Shown here: in pieces, positions 1-7,080 of the stretch
Layout: every line of letters begins with the position of its first letter
How positions within the stretch are numbered: the first letter of the stretch is position 1
Assembly: GCA_964501755.1 (NCBI GenBank)
Contig: CAZCTF010000002.1
Location: 1-40,311, forward strand
Direction: 5' to 3'
Length of the DNA stretch: 40,311 bases
DNA from: an uncultured Bdellovibrionales bacterium
Lineage (GTDB): Bacteria > Patescibacteriota > Minisyncoccia > Moranbacterales > UBA1568
Notes under the pieces: generated by a model
Told to the model about the DNA's origin: nothing
The model's input: only the letters and a program-made list of their open reading frames with translations
The model's database searches: none
Made by a program: the position numbers and the translations under genes

Positions 1-42
1 ACGAAAAAGGAAACCCCGGACTGAGCGAAGCGGAGTCCGGGG
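1..42 (-). terminator. Rho-independent terminator of the 58..363 minus-strand gene
   Basis: Stem CCCCGGACT (14..22) pairs with AGTCCGGGG (34..42) around an 11-nt loop. On the minus strand the hairpin is followed by TTTCCTTTTTCGT (13..1). Confidence 0.65.
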
Positions 43-57
43 AGGAGGTCATTTCGA

Positions 58-363
58 CTATCTTATGTACGGACGTTTGAGGTCCTCTTTATCAGATTCG
101 CGGTCGATTGCGCCGAGCCGTTCGAGTTCTGCTTTCGGATCCCGGATTCCCGCAAGGAGCTGGAGTCGGTCGAGTGAGCGAACCTTTGGGTCCTTACCGA
201 CCGCTTCATGGTAGAGGGCCGCGAGTTCGTTGTCCTCGAGTGTTTCAACATCGATTTCCTCTGTCTCTGGTTGAGCCGGCTTCAGCTGCTCTTCGTGATT
301 GCCGAGGTCGAGCGGGAGCTGTTCGACCGGCATACCCTTCGACGGCTGTTCCATCGGGTGCAT
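58..363 (-). CDS. Hypothetical acidic protein (101 aa)
   Basis: Open frame with ATG start, flanked by a TATAAT box upstream (390..395 on minus) and a terminator downstream. No recognisable domain and no SD. Confidence 0.45.
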   Translation of the reverse strand: MHPMEQPSKGMPVEQLPLDLGNHEEQLKPAQPETEEIDVETLEDNELAALYHEAVGKDPKVRSLDRLQLLAGIRDPKAELERLGAIDRESDKEDLKRPYIR

Positions 364-389
364 AGTCTTGTGCTTTGGATTACGCCATC

Positions 390-423
390 ATTATACACCC
401 CTCGTCCCGTGAAATGGTAAAAT
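390..423. promoter_or_regulatory. Divergent -10 elements
   Basis: Minus strand has TGTATAAT (rc of 390..397), 26 nt upstream of the ATG at 363. Plus strand has extended -10 TGgTAAAAT (415..423), 17 nt upstream of the ATG at 441. Confidence 0.4.
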
Positions 424-440
424 ACCCATTGTGTTCGTCT

Positions 441-665
441 ATGCGCGTCTTTGCCACTGTCAAAAACCGACCCCGTGCCGAACACGTCGAGGCAATCGAT
501 GCGACCCATTTCATCGTGTCGGTGAAGGCACCCCCAATCGAGGGGAAGGCGAACGCAGCGGTAGTACGGCTCCTTGCGCGACACCTCGGTGTATCCCAGG
601 ATGCGCTGACACTCAGGTCTGGCGCAACGGGAAAACAAAAAGTCTTTGAGTGTACACTGGCATGA
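441..665 (+). CDS. DUF167 (YggU-like) family protein
   Basis: MRVFATVK...IVSVKAPPIEGKANAAVVRLLARHLGV..LTLRSGATGKQKVFE matches the DUF167/UPF0235 pattern. I chose the internal ATG at 441 because upstream residues are not family-like. The TGA stop overlaps the next start (ATGA). Confidence 0.8.
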   Translation: MRVFATVKNRPRAEHVEAIDATHFIVSVKAPPIEGKANAAVVRLLARHLGVSQDALTLRSGATGKQKVFECTLA

Positions 666-1234
666 TTCGGACCATTGCTCTCGGCGCCACGATTTATGAT
701 TACACGCTTCGGAAGAGTCTCCGGGCGCGGCGATTGCGTGTCTCCGTTTCGCCTGGCGGTGCGCTTGCGGTCTCGGCGCCGGTCTGGGTGAGCGGGCGAT
801 TTATTGAGCGTTTCCTCGTGGAGCATGCCGAGTGGATCCGTTCGGCCGCGGAACGCTTTCGGCGGATCAGTCGCCATCCGATGGCGCGAGGCGGAAAACG
901 CGAATATGCAGCGTACAAAGAGGCCGCCCGTACGCTCGCGGCGAAGCGGCTCGCGCATTTCAATGTAGCCTACGGTTTCCGCTACGGCGCTATCAGTATC
1001 CGGAATCAGAAAACGCGCTGGGGGAGCTGTTCTCGCTCGGGGAATCTCTCGTTCAATTATCGGATCGCACTGCTCTCGCCCGAACTCGCTGACTATGTTA
1101 TTCTCCACGAACTTTGCCATCTCGGGGCGTTCGATCACTCGGCGCGGTTCTGGTTGCTCGTCGCGCGGTCGATGCCGGACTTTGCGATCCGTCGGGGCAA
1201 GCTCCGGACGCTTGGGAGTGAGCGACTTACGTAG
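662..1234 (+). CDS. YgjP-like (DUF45/M48 superfamily) zinc metallopeptidase
   Basis: HELCH zinc-binding motif (HExxH) in ...YVILHELCHLGAFDHSARFW..., with the typical RWGSCS segment upstream. Start could also be GTG at 650. Confidence 0.8.
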   Translation: MIRTIALGATIYDYTLRKSLRARRLRVSVSPGGALAVSAPVWVSGRFIERFLVEHAEWIRSAAERFRRISRHPMARGGKREYAAYKEAARTLAAKRLAHFNVAYGFRYGAISIRNQKTRWGSCSRSGNLSFNYRIALLSPELADYVILHELCHLGAFDHSARFWLLVARSMPDFAIRRGKLRTLGSERLT

Positions 1235-1235
1235 T

Positions 1236-1490
1236 ATGAGTATGTACTATGTATATATTCTCCGCTGCGCTGACGATACGCTCTACACCGGGATCACGAC
1301 GGATATAGCGCGCCGTTTGTCTGAGCATAACGGTGATGTGTCGCGAGGAGCAAAATACACCCAGGCGCGGCGGCCGGTCATGCTCGTCTACTCGCGGCGT
1401 TTTCGGACCCGATCGAACGCACAGCGCGAAGAGGCGCGGGTGAAGCGACTCTCGCGGGTGGAAAAACTTTCACTGATTGAATCGAAATAG
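1236..1490 (+). CDS. GIY-YIG nuclease family protein (YhbQ/UPF0213-like)
   Basis: YYVYILRCADDTLYTGITTDIARRLSEHN contains the GIY-YIG core. About 84 aa, typical for stand-alone members. Confidence 0.85.
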   Translation: MSMYYVYILRCADDTLYTGITTDIARRLSEHNGDVSRGAKYTQARRPVMLVYSRRFRTRSNAQREEARVKRLSRVEKLSLIESK

Positions 1491-1491
1491 T

Positions 1492-2169
1492 ATGGCCAGT
1501 TTTCGTTCGCACATTTCACTCGGCATCGCTTCCGGTATCCTCGGCGGCGGAGCGCTTATCTCGCTCGCGCTCCTCGATGTGCCGAGTTTTCTCCTCGTGG
1601 TCTTTGTCGCGGCCGTGCTCGGGTCGGTCTTGCCGGATATGGATTCGGACTCGGGGATCCCGTTTCATGTCTCATTCGGATCATTTGCGGTCGTCGCAGC
1701 TGTACTCACGGGATCGTCGGCATACCGAGAGATGCCAGATAATCTCGTTCGCGTTGCACTGTGGGCGGCTGGCGCGTTCGGTTTCGTCTACCTCATCCTC
1801 GGTGCTCTCTTCAAGCGTTTCACACGGCATCGTGGCATGGCGCATTCGCTCCCGGCAGCGCTCCTTGCAGGAATCGCCACATTTTTTCTGGCAGTGCATT
1901 TTTCATTCACGGATATGGAGGCGTTCGTTCTCGCGGTCGCGATGATGGTCGGCTATGTCGGGCACCTCGTCCTCGACGAACTCTATGCGGCGGTGAATTT
2001 CCATGGGACGCCATTCGTCCCGAACAAGGCGCTCGGGAGCGCACTGAAACTCTTTTCCGATGACAAGCTGATCAATGTCGCGGTGTACGGCGGCATCCTC
2101 TTTCTCATGGCGGGAAATGTCGGCCGTTTCACCAACCTTGCGGAGAGGTTCTGGCGGACAATTGCCTGA
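1492..2169 (+). CDS. Membrane-bound metal-dependent hydrolase, DUF457 (YdjM-like)
   Basis: Multi-TM protein with N-terminal HISLG and an HRGMAHS motif, characteristic of the YdjM/DUF457 family. ATG at 1492 lies 2 nt after the previous stop. Confidence 0.7.
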   Translation: MASFRSHISLGIASGILGGGALISLALLDVPSFLLVVFVAAVLGSVLPDMDSDSGIPFHVSFGSFAVVAAVLTGSSAYREMPDNLVRVALWAAGAFGFVYLILGALFKRFTRHRGMAHSLPAALLAGIATFFLAVHFSFTDMEAFVLAVAMMVGYVGHLVLDELYAAVNFHGTPFVPNKALGSALKLFSDDKLINVAVYGGILFLMAGNVGRFTNLAERFWRTIA

Positions 2170-2206
2170 TTTTCTGCTAGCATAGGTGGGATAATCTAGC
2201 TTTTTT

Positions 2207-2791
2207 ATGGCGTACGGAAAAATCATCTCGGGACTCACAATCGATGGCGTTCCGGCGCCCTATGGCGTCGTCAATGAGCGCGAGATTCGGGCGGCGGCGG
2301 GGATTATGTTCGCGCTCGGGCTCATCACGCTCCTGGCGGTGTATTACGATAAAAATGCCGAGCTTGCTTTTTGGGTAGTGCTTTCTTTCTGGATTGACTT
2401 CGCGCTGAAAGTCGCTGTCGGTCCCGAGTGGTCGCTCTATGGCCGTCTCGGCGCGCTCCTCGTACGGAATCAGCGGCCGGAGTATGTCGGCGCTGTCCAA
2501 AAGCGGTTTGCCTGGGGAATCGGGCTCGTCATGTCGAGTGTGGTCCTCTTCCTTCTCGGAAACCAGCTGTATTTTGCTACTTCGTGTAATTCGTTCACGA
2601 TCGATGGGACGTCGCCCTGTCTCATCCCGATGATACTTTGCGGCACCTGTCTCGTCTTCATGTGGCTCGAGTCGGCCGTCGGTTTCTGCGTCGGCTGCAC
2701 CATCTATACCTGGCTCGTCCGAAAAGGGTTCATCAAATCATCAGAATTTGCTCCTGTCTGTCCGGGCGGAGTCTGTGCGGTGAAAAAATAA
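2207..2791 (+). CDS. DUF4395 domain membrane protein
   Basis: Four hydrophobic segments, a VQKRFAWGIG motif and a C-terminal Cys-rich tail (CPGGVCAV) resemble DUF4395. Extended -10 TGgGATAAT at 2187..2195. Confidence 0.65.
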   Translation: MAYGKIISGLTIDGVPAPYGVVNEREIRAAAGIMFALGLITLLAVYYDKNAELAFWVVLSFWIDFALKVAVGPEWSLYGRLGALLVRNQRPEYVGAVQKRFAWGIGLVMSSVVLFLLGNQLYFATSCNSFTIDGTSPCLIPMILCGTCLVFMWLESAVGFCVGCTIYTWLVRKGFIKSSEFAPVCPGGVCAVKK

Positions 2792-2793
2792 TC

Positions 2794-3099
2794 ATGAAGA
2801 TGGCAAACGTAAAAACGTTTCAGATTCGCGGAAAAGTTATCCGCTATACGGTCGAGCCGGCGAGCTGGTATTTTGTTTACGCCGATGACGAGACGACGAG
2901 AGCGATTCGCGCAGCTCGGACGAAGATGGTCGGTTTTCAGTATGTTCCGATCGAGGCAGCTATCGGCAAGACGACGTGGTGAACGACGCTTTTCCCGACG
3001 AAAGAGGGTCCATACCTTCTGGCGCTGAAAGCCAAAGTCCGTCAGACTGAAGATATCCGCGAAGGGCAATCCCTAGCTGTTCGAGTGAAGCTCATCTGA
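2794..3099 (+). pseudogene. DUF1905 domain protein interrupted by one in-frame TGA (2980..2982)
   Basis: Codons 1-62 (..WYFVYADDETTRAIR..AAIGKTTW) and the 38 codons after the TGA (TTLFPTKEGPYLLALKAKVRQTEDIREGQSLAVRVKLI) together form a complete DUF1905 pattern (IGxTxW-x-TxLFP...YLLxLKAxVR). Both parts are in the same frame. Confidence 0.6.
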
Positions 3100-3113
3100 T
3101 ATAGTACCCGCCT

Positions 3114-3515
3114 ATGAACTCTGCGACTGATTGGTACGCCACGCTCATGAAGCCATTTTGGGCGCCCCCCGAGTGGCTCTTTGGACCGGTCTGGAGCGTA
3201 CTCTATATCATCATCGCAGTCAGTTTTTTTACTGTGGTGCTGCGCTACTTTCAGGGGCGTATTGTGTTCATGGCGCTCCTGCCGTTCATTTTGAATCTCG
3301 TCTTCAATCTCATCTTTACGCCCATTCAGTTCGGACTCCAGAATAATTGGTTGGCTGCGCTTGACATCGTCCTCGTCTGGATCACGCTCGTGTGGGCGCT
3401 CTTGGCGATCCGATCACACATCCCGTGGGTGGCCTATGCCAATTTGCCGTACCTCGTTTGGGTATCGTTTGCAGCGGTGTCGCAGTTTACCATCACGTGG
3501 CTCAATCGTGGATGA
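3114..3515 (+). CDS. tspO: TspO/MBR family tryptophan-rich sensory protein
   Basis: WYATLMKPFWAPPEWLFGPVWSVLY and NLxFNxxFTPxxFG motifs. Five TM segments, Trp-rich. Confidence 0.85.
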   Translation: MNSATDWYATLMKPFWAPPEWLFGPVWSVLYIIIAVSFFTVVLRYFQGRIVFMALLPFILNLVFNLIFTPIQFGLQNNWLAALDIVLVWITLVWALLAIRSHIPWVAYANLPYLVWVSFAAVSQFTITWLNRG

Positions 3516-3568
3516 TGGATACGAGAGAGTATAATACTTATAGAGCAGTAATCCATCAGAGTAAAACT

Positions 3569-3802
3569 ATGTTCAAGAAAAATATTGGGACGACCGACCG
3601 AGTCATCCGCGTGCTCGTTGGACTCTTTCTCATGTGGTACGGATATGATCATCAGTCATGGTGGGGCATCCTCGGTCTTGTTGTGCTCGCAACTGGTGTC
3701 TTCGGGACCTGCTGGCTCTATACGCTCCTCGGATTCTCAACCTGTCCGGTGAAGCCTGGCGAAACATCCAAGATGACGCCGCCAGCGAGCCCGGCGGCCT
3801 AG
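3569..3802 (+). CDS. DUF2892 (YgaP-like) small membrane protein
   Basis: NIGTTDRVIRVLVGLFL...ATGVFGTCWLYTLLGFSTC is the typical DUF2892 signature. TATAAT box at 3533..3538 upstream. Confidence 0.75.
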   Translation: MFKKNIGTTDRVIRVLVGLFLMWYGYDHQSWWGILGLVVLATGVFGTCWLYTLLGFSTCPVKPGETSKMTPPASPAA

Positions 3803-3835
3803 CCGCTCCTGAGTGCGCTGTTGCGAACTTCAGTT

Positions 3836-4225
3836 ATGCTCCGAAAATACGCCTTGACCCGCCATCTCAGGCACTCGATCGACTATTGGTCGATGCCGCA
3901 CTTTCTCCTCGGGACGCTCATCGCGCTCATCGGACTCGTGTTTGGATTACCAGCAGTGCCGCTTTTCTTCGTTACGCTCGTCGTAGCAGTCCTCTGGGAG
4001 TTCGTCGAGATGCGGCTTCGTATCCGCGAAGCCAAGATAAACGTTGCTTCGGATATCATCATGCCGCTCTTCGCCTATGTAGTGACACTCTGGCTGACTG
4101 GGACAGACAGTATGGAACACGAGCAATATATCGCGTTTTTTGTCGTGACCATCGTCCTGTATGTCCTGGTGAGCTATGCGGCTTGGACGGCGCGCTTCGA
4201 TCACGATCCGGATTTTCAGGGCTGA
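3836..4225 (+). CDS. Hypothetical integral membrane protein (129 aa)
   Basis: Four predicted hydrophobic helices, with ATG at 3836 inside the tracked ORF. No recognisable family. Confidence 0.5.
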   Translation: MLRKYALTRHLRHSIDYWSMPHFLLGTLIALIGLVFGLPAVPLFFVTLVVAVLWEFVEMRLRIREAKINVASDIIMPLFAYVVTLWLTGTDSMEHEQYIAFFVVTIVLYVLVSYAAWTARFDHDPDFQG

Positions 4226-4235
4226 CGACGATGCG

Positions 4236-4790
4236 CTAACGACCGTCTTTCATCGCCTTCACCTCGCGAAGGAGCTCTTCGAGCGCCCCCTGGATGTACG
4301 TGATTTTCTGGATATCATGGGTGCGGTCGGCTGTGTATTCTTTGTCATCCTTTTCGATTTCTTCACCGAGATCTTCGACATCTTCGCTGATCTCTTTCAC
4401 GTCCTCTTGGATATCATCGAGGTCTTTCGATATTTCCTCGACGTCTTCCGAAATTCCCTCCACGTCCTCGCTGATCTCCTCCACGTCCTCGCTGATCTCC
4501 TCCACATCCTCACTGACTTCGCTGAGCTTCCGGGCTTGGTGATTGACGGTAATCTGGATAAAGATGGAAAGGTAGATTGCCTCGAGCGAGACAACCGTGG
4601 TCAGGATGAGCATGATTTCTTCAAAGGTGTAGCCGATCCATTGGAGCGCGAAGATGCCGACAAAAAAAATCGAATGAAGGACAAGCGAAACCGGAGAGCC
4701 GATATAGCGTGGCGCGGCAAGGGCGATCCGCTCGAGGAGTGGGCGCTTCGCAGTCGGTATCACTTGAGCGGGCGATGATGAGGAATTCAT
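4236..4790 (-). CDS. DUF1003 family membrane protein with acidic heptad-repeat tail
   Basis: N-terminal GSPVSLVLHSIFFVGIFALQW plus a second TM (ILTTVVSLEAIYLSIFIQI) resemble DUF1003. The C-terminal half is 8 acidic heptads. Confidence 0.7.
   Translation of the reverse strand: MNSSSSPAQVIPTAKRPLLERIALAAPRYIGSPVSLVLHSIFFVGIFALQWIGYTFEEIMLILTTVVSLEAIYLSIFIQITVNHQARKLSEVSEDVEEISEDVEEISEDVEGISEDVEEISKDLDDIQEDVKEISEDVEDLGEEIEKDDKEYTADRTHDIQKITYIQGALEELLREVKAMKDGR
4350..4523 (-). repeat. In-frame 21-bp tandem repeat (8 heptads ISEDVEE-like)
   Basis: Plus-strand units ctccacgtcctcgctgatctc at 4458..4478 and 4479..4499 are identical. 4500..4520 and upstream units are degenerate copies. They encode VSEDVEE/ISEDVEE/ISEDVEG/ISEDVEE/ISKDLDD/IQEDVKE/ISEDVED/LGEEIEK. 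Confidence 0.85.
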
Positions 4791-4892
4791 AGTCGATCCT
4801 TATAGAAAGCGTCTTCAGACTACGGGGTTTCGCGCGGATTGAAAAGGGCGGGGCGTGATGCTAGGGTGATGACGATCAATACTTATTGAATT

Positions 4893-5408
4893 ATGTCAAA
4901 GAAACAACGCGTGATCAGCGTGAACGATCGAATGCAGCAGGGCTATGAGTACATCTGTAGCGAACCGGTGGGGAAAAATTTCCATCCTGACTTCAAACCT
5001 GATCTGACCCCAGCTGAGATGCTCGTGCTCGGAGTCTTTGGCGGAAAATATATGACGGACTGCTGTGATGAGTTCCCAGTGAGCTGGTTCAAACGAGCAA
5101 AACTCTGTCCCGAGCGGCATGATCCGTCGCTTAATTATTTTGGCGTGAACGCATCGCAGCCTCTGTCGGTCTGGCGAGCAAAAGGTTGGATATATCCGGA
5201 CGATCCGCGAGGCTGGTTCCAATGGTATTGCCGCTACTATCTGGGTCGGCGCATACCAGATGAGGACGAGCGCCAGATTCGTCGCTGGCGGGCCATCGGG
5301 CGGCATATCGCCCAGCTCGTGACGCATTGCCGACGTGGCGATCAGGCGTGTCGGCCCAGGCAGCGTCAGGCGATTCTCCACTGGGCCTATGATAGCCGAT
5401 CACTCTAG
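4893..5408 (+). CDS. Conserved hypothetical protein (171 aa)
   Basis: Strongly protein-like sequence with distinctive blocks LGVFGGKYMTDC, NYFGVNASQPL and DPRGWFQWYCRYYLGRR. I recognise the pattern as a recurrent uncharacterised family but cannot name it. Confidence 0.7.
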   Translation: MSKKQRVISVNDRMQQGYEYICSEPVGKNFHPDFKPDLTPAEMLVLGVFGGKYMTDCCDEFPVSWFKRAKLCPERHDPSLNYFGVNASQPLSVWRAKGWIYPDDPRGWFQWYCRYYLGRRIPDEDERQIRRWRAIGRHIAQLVTHCRRGDQACRPRQRQAILHWAYDSRSL

Positions 5409-5435
5409 GGAAATAGTGAATTTTCCAACAAAAAA

Positions 5436-5588
5436 AAGCGCTCTGTGCGCCGTTATGTTCTCTTTTGAATGAAAAGCCCTCAATGCAGGCCGGGCGACTG
5501 AATCCCAAAAATGATAGCGTCGGAAAAATCATTTCCCTGAATACCAGGTGGGTTTCAATTTTTCGCGGGACCGTTCTGAAGGCTTTCC
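5436..5588 (-). ncRNA. Candidate small RNA (orphan promoter-to-terminator unit, about 150 nt)
   Basis: Minus-strand promoter at 5621..5595. Minus-strand terminator GCGC-acaga-GCGC followed by U8 (rc of 5450..5430). No plausible ORF stops inside the unit, and the unit lies in the 253-bp gap between two + strand genes. Confidence 0.4.
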
Positions 5589-5594
5589 GTTTCG

Positions 5595-5621
5595 AGTATA
5601 GCACTTTTCTAGAAACGTCAA
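5595..5621 (-). promoter_or_regulatory. Sigma70-like promoter on minus strand
   Basis: rc reads TTGACG (5621..5616), a 15-nt spacer, then extended -10 TGcTATACT (5603..5595). Confidence 0.5.
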
Positions 5622-5633
5622 CACACCTTCGGA

Positions 5634-5642
5634 TGGTATACT
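5634..5642 (+). promoter_or_regulatory. Extended -10 promoter of the sugar dehydrogenase gene
   Basis: TGgTATACT lies 19 nt upstream of the ATG at 5662. No SD in the short leader. Confidence 0.45.
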
Positions 5643-5661
5643 GACAGTACAAAATAAAACC

Positions 5662-6891
5662 ATGCAACGATTTCTTACCTACACTTTTTTCTTGCTCTTA
5701 TCAGCCGGTCTCTTTGTCGGAGTGTACTGGTTCAACTGGCTCGAGGTAGCGACCGATTCGGGACAAGAGGTAATCTTCGTCGATAATAAGCCGGTCATTT
5801 CGGACGCGCCGATCGTGCGCGATGCTCCGGATACTGGGGAACGGACGCCGGACCGAAATCCGCCGATGGAGATTGATGCCATTGCTGCCGGTCTCGATAC
5901 GCCATGGGACCTCGTCTTTACATCGCCCGAACGCATGCTTGTCACCGAGCGGTCTGGGCAGATCCGTGTCGTTGAAAATGGCGAGCTCAGAGAGAAGCCG
6001 CTTCACGTGTTTGATGACGTTATCGAGAAGGGGGAAGATGGACTGATGTCCCTCGCGCTCGATCCGGGGTACCCTGAGAATCGTTTTCTCTATACCGCGG
6101 TCGCGTATGCCGATGGCACGGATCTTTGGGTCAAAGTGAGGCGTTTCGTCGATGCTGGCGATAAGCTCGAGAACCCATTTGTTGTCATCGACCGCATCCC
6201 GGCGGCGCAGTATCACTCGGGCTGTCGGATTGCATTCGGTCCCGATGGCAAACTCTATATCTCGACGGGAGACGCGACTGACAAACGTCTGGCTCAGGAA
6301 ACAGGATCGCTCGCAGGCAAGATTCTCCGAATCAATGCCAACGGTACGATTCCGTCGGACAATCCGTTTCCGGGGAGCGCGGTCTGGTCATACGGCCACC
6401 GCAATCCTCAGGGTCTCGCCTGGCACCCGGACAATGCTCTCTTTTATGAGACCGAGCATGGCCCGTCCATCATCGATGGACCAGCGGGCGGGGACGAGGT
6501 GAATGTGATCGAGCGAGGGGGAAATTACGGGTGGCCGATCGTTTCGCACGAAAGGAATCGCGAGGGGATGATCGCGCCGATCCTCACCTATACGCCGGCC
6601 GAGGCGCCCGGATCGCTCATGATTTATTCGGGTCGCGTTTTCCCGGAATGGAGAGGAAACCTCTTTTTTGGTGCGCTCAAAGGTGAGGGACTGATGCGAA
6701 TCCGACTCAATACGAATGATCCCAAAAAGATCGCGGGTTACGGCAAGCTGCGTGAAGTCTCGCTTGGCCGCATCCGTGCCGTCGTCGAAGGGCCGGATGG
6801 CAATATCTATTTCACGACTTCGAACCGCGATGGACGGGGTAAGCCCGCACCGCTCGATGACCGCATCTTCCGTATCCGTGCGCAAGACTAG
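5662..6891 (+). CDS. PQQ-dependent (soluble glucose/sorbosone dehydrogenase-type) sugar dehydrogenase, membrane anchored
   Basis: N-terminal TM helix, then GLDTPWDLVF...ERSGQIRVV, GEDGLMSLALDP, HSGCRIAFGPDGKLYISTGD, YGHRNPQGLAWHP and GGNYGWP, the beta-propeller GSDH family motifs. Confidence 0.85.
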   Translation: MQRFLTYTFFLLLSAGLFVGVYWFNWLEVATDSGQEVIFVDNKPVISDAPIVRDAPDTGERTPDRNPPMEIDAIAAGLDTPWDLVFTSPERMLVTERSGQIRVVENGELREKPLHVFDDVIEKGEDGLMSLALDPGYPENRFLYTAVAYADGTDLWVKVRRFVDAGDKLENPFVVIDRIPAAQYHSGCRIAFGPDGKLYISTGDATDKRLAQETGSLAGKILRINANGTIPSDNPFPGSAVWSYGHRNPQGLAWHPDNALFYETEHGPSIIDGPAGGDEVNVIERGGNYGWPIVSHERNREGMIAPILTYTPAEAPGSLMIYSGRVFPEWRGNLFFGALKGEGLMRIRLNTNDPKKIAGYGKLREVSLGRIRAVVEGPDGNIYFTTSNRDGRGKPAPLDDRIFRIRAQD

Positions 6892-6920
6892 GCCAAAGAC
6901 AGGCTTTTCCATCCTCTTGG

Positions 6921-6990
6921 CCCCGTTAGAAGTTTCGGTCATCTCAGGTTATATGTATTTTTAGCTCACTCAAGTCTGCTTCTAACGGGG
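6921..6990. repeat. Inverted pair of 12-nt motif CCCCGTTAGAAG / CTTCTAACGGGG (locus A)
   Basis: Perfect copies at 6921..6932 and 6979..6990, separated by 46 bp. The right copy ends 2 nt before a TTGACG -35 box. Confidence 0.8.
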
Positions 6991-6992
6991 GA

Positions 6993-7021
6993 TTGACGCT
7001 AGTACCCCCGGGGGGTATAAT
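6993..7021 (+). promoter_or_regulatory. Near-consensus sigma70 promoter of the SDR gene
   Basis: TTGACG (6993..6998), 17-nt spacer, TATAAT (7016..7021). The 59-nt leader contains hairpin GTTCAA-agcgg-TTGAAC and SD AGGAGA. Confidence 0.65.
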
Positions 7022-7080
7022 GCGGGGGTGAGTTCAAAGCGGTTGAACCTAACCCATCACCAACAGGAGAAACAGAGATT

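Noticed and set aside
2980-2982. Genome-wide TGA reassignment (genetic code 4 or 25) as the explanation for the in-frame TGA
   Set aside because: Many well-supported genes in the window terminate at TGA at family-appropriate lengths (for example 665, 2169, 3515, 12581, 13958, 22277, 29228, 32558, 38879), several with ATGA stop/start coupling. TGA is therefore a normal stop in this genome.
2983-3030. SECIS-like element downstream of the in-frame TGA
   Set aside because: Only a weak 5-bp A/U-rich stem (CUUUU/GAAAG) is present. There is no convincing selenocysteine insertion hairpin, and the interrupted codon is not at a Cys-conserved position of the family.
4350-4523. Possible CRISPR-like or intergenic tandem array
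   Set aside because: The repeats are contiguous with no spacers, have a 21-bp period (a multiple of 3), and lie in frame inside a protein-coding gene.
4176-4778. 200-aa + strand ORF with repeated LHVLADL units
   Set aside because: It is the mirror image of the acidic heptad repeat of the minus-strand DUF1003 gene. The minus-strand frame has TM helices and family-like N-terminal motifs, so the + frame is an artefact.
6892-6925. Hairpin GGCCAA(A)GA...TCTTGGCC after the sugar dehydrogenase stop as an intrinsic terminator
   Set aside because: It has a large 15-nt loop, a bulged stem and no U-tract, so it is not convincing as a terminator.
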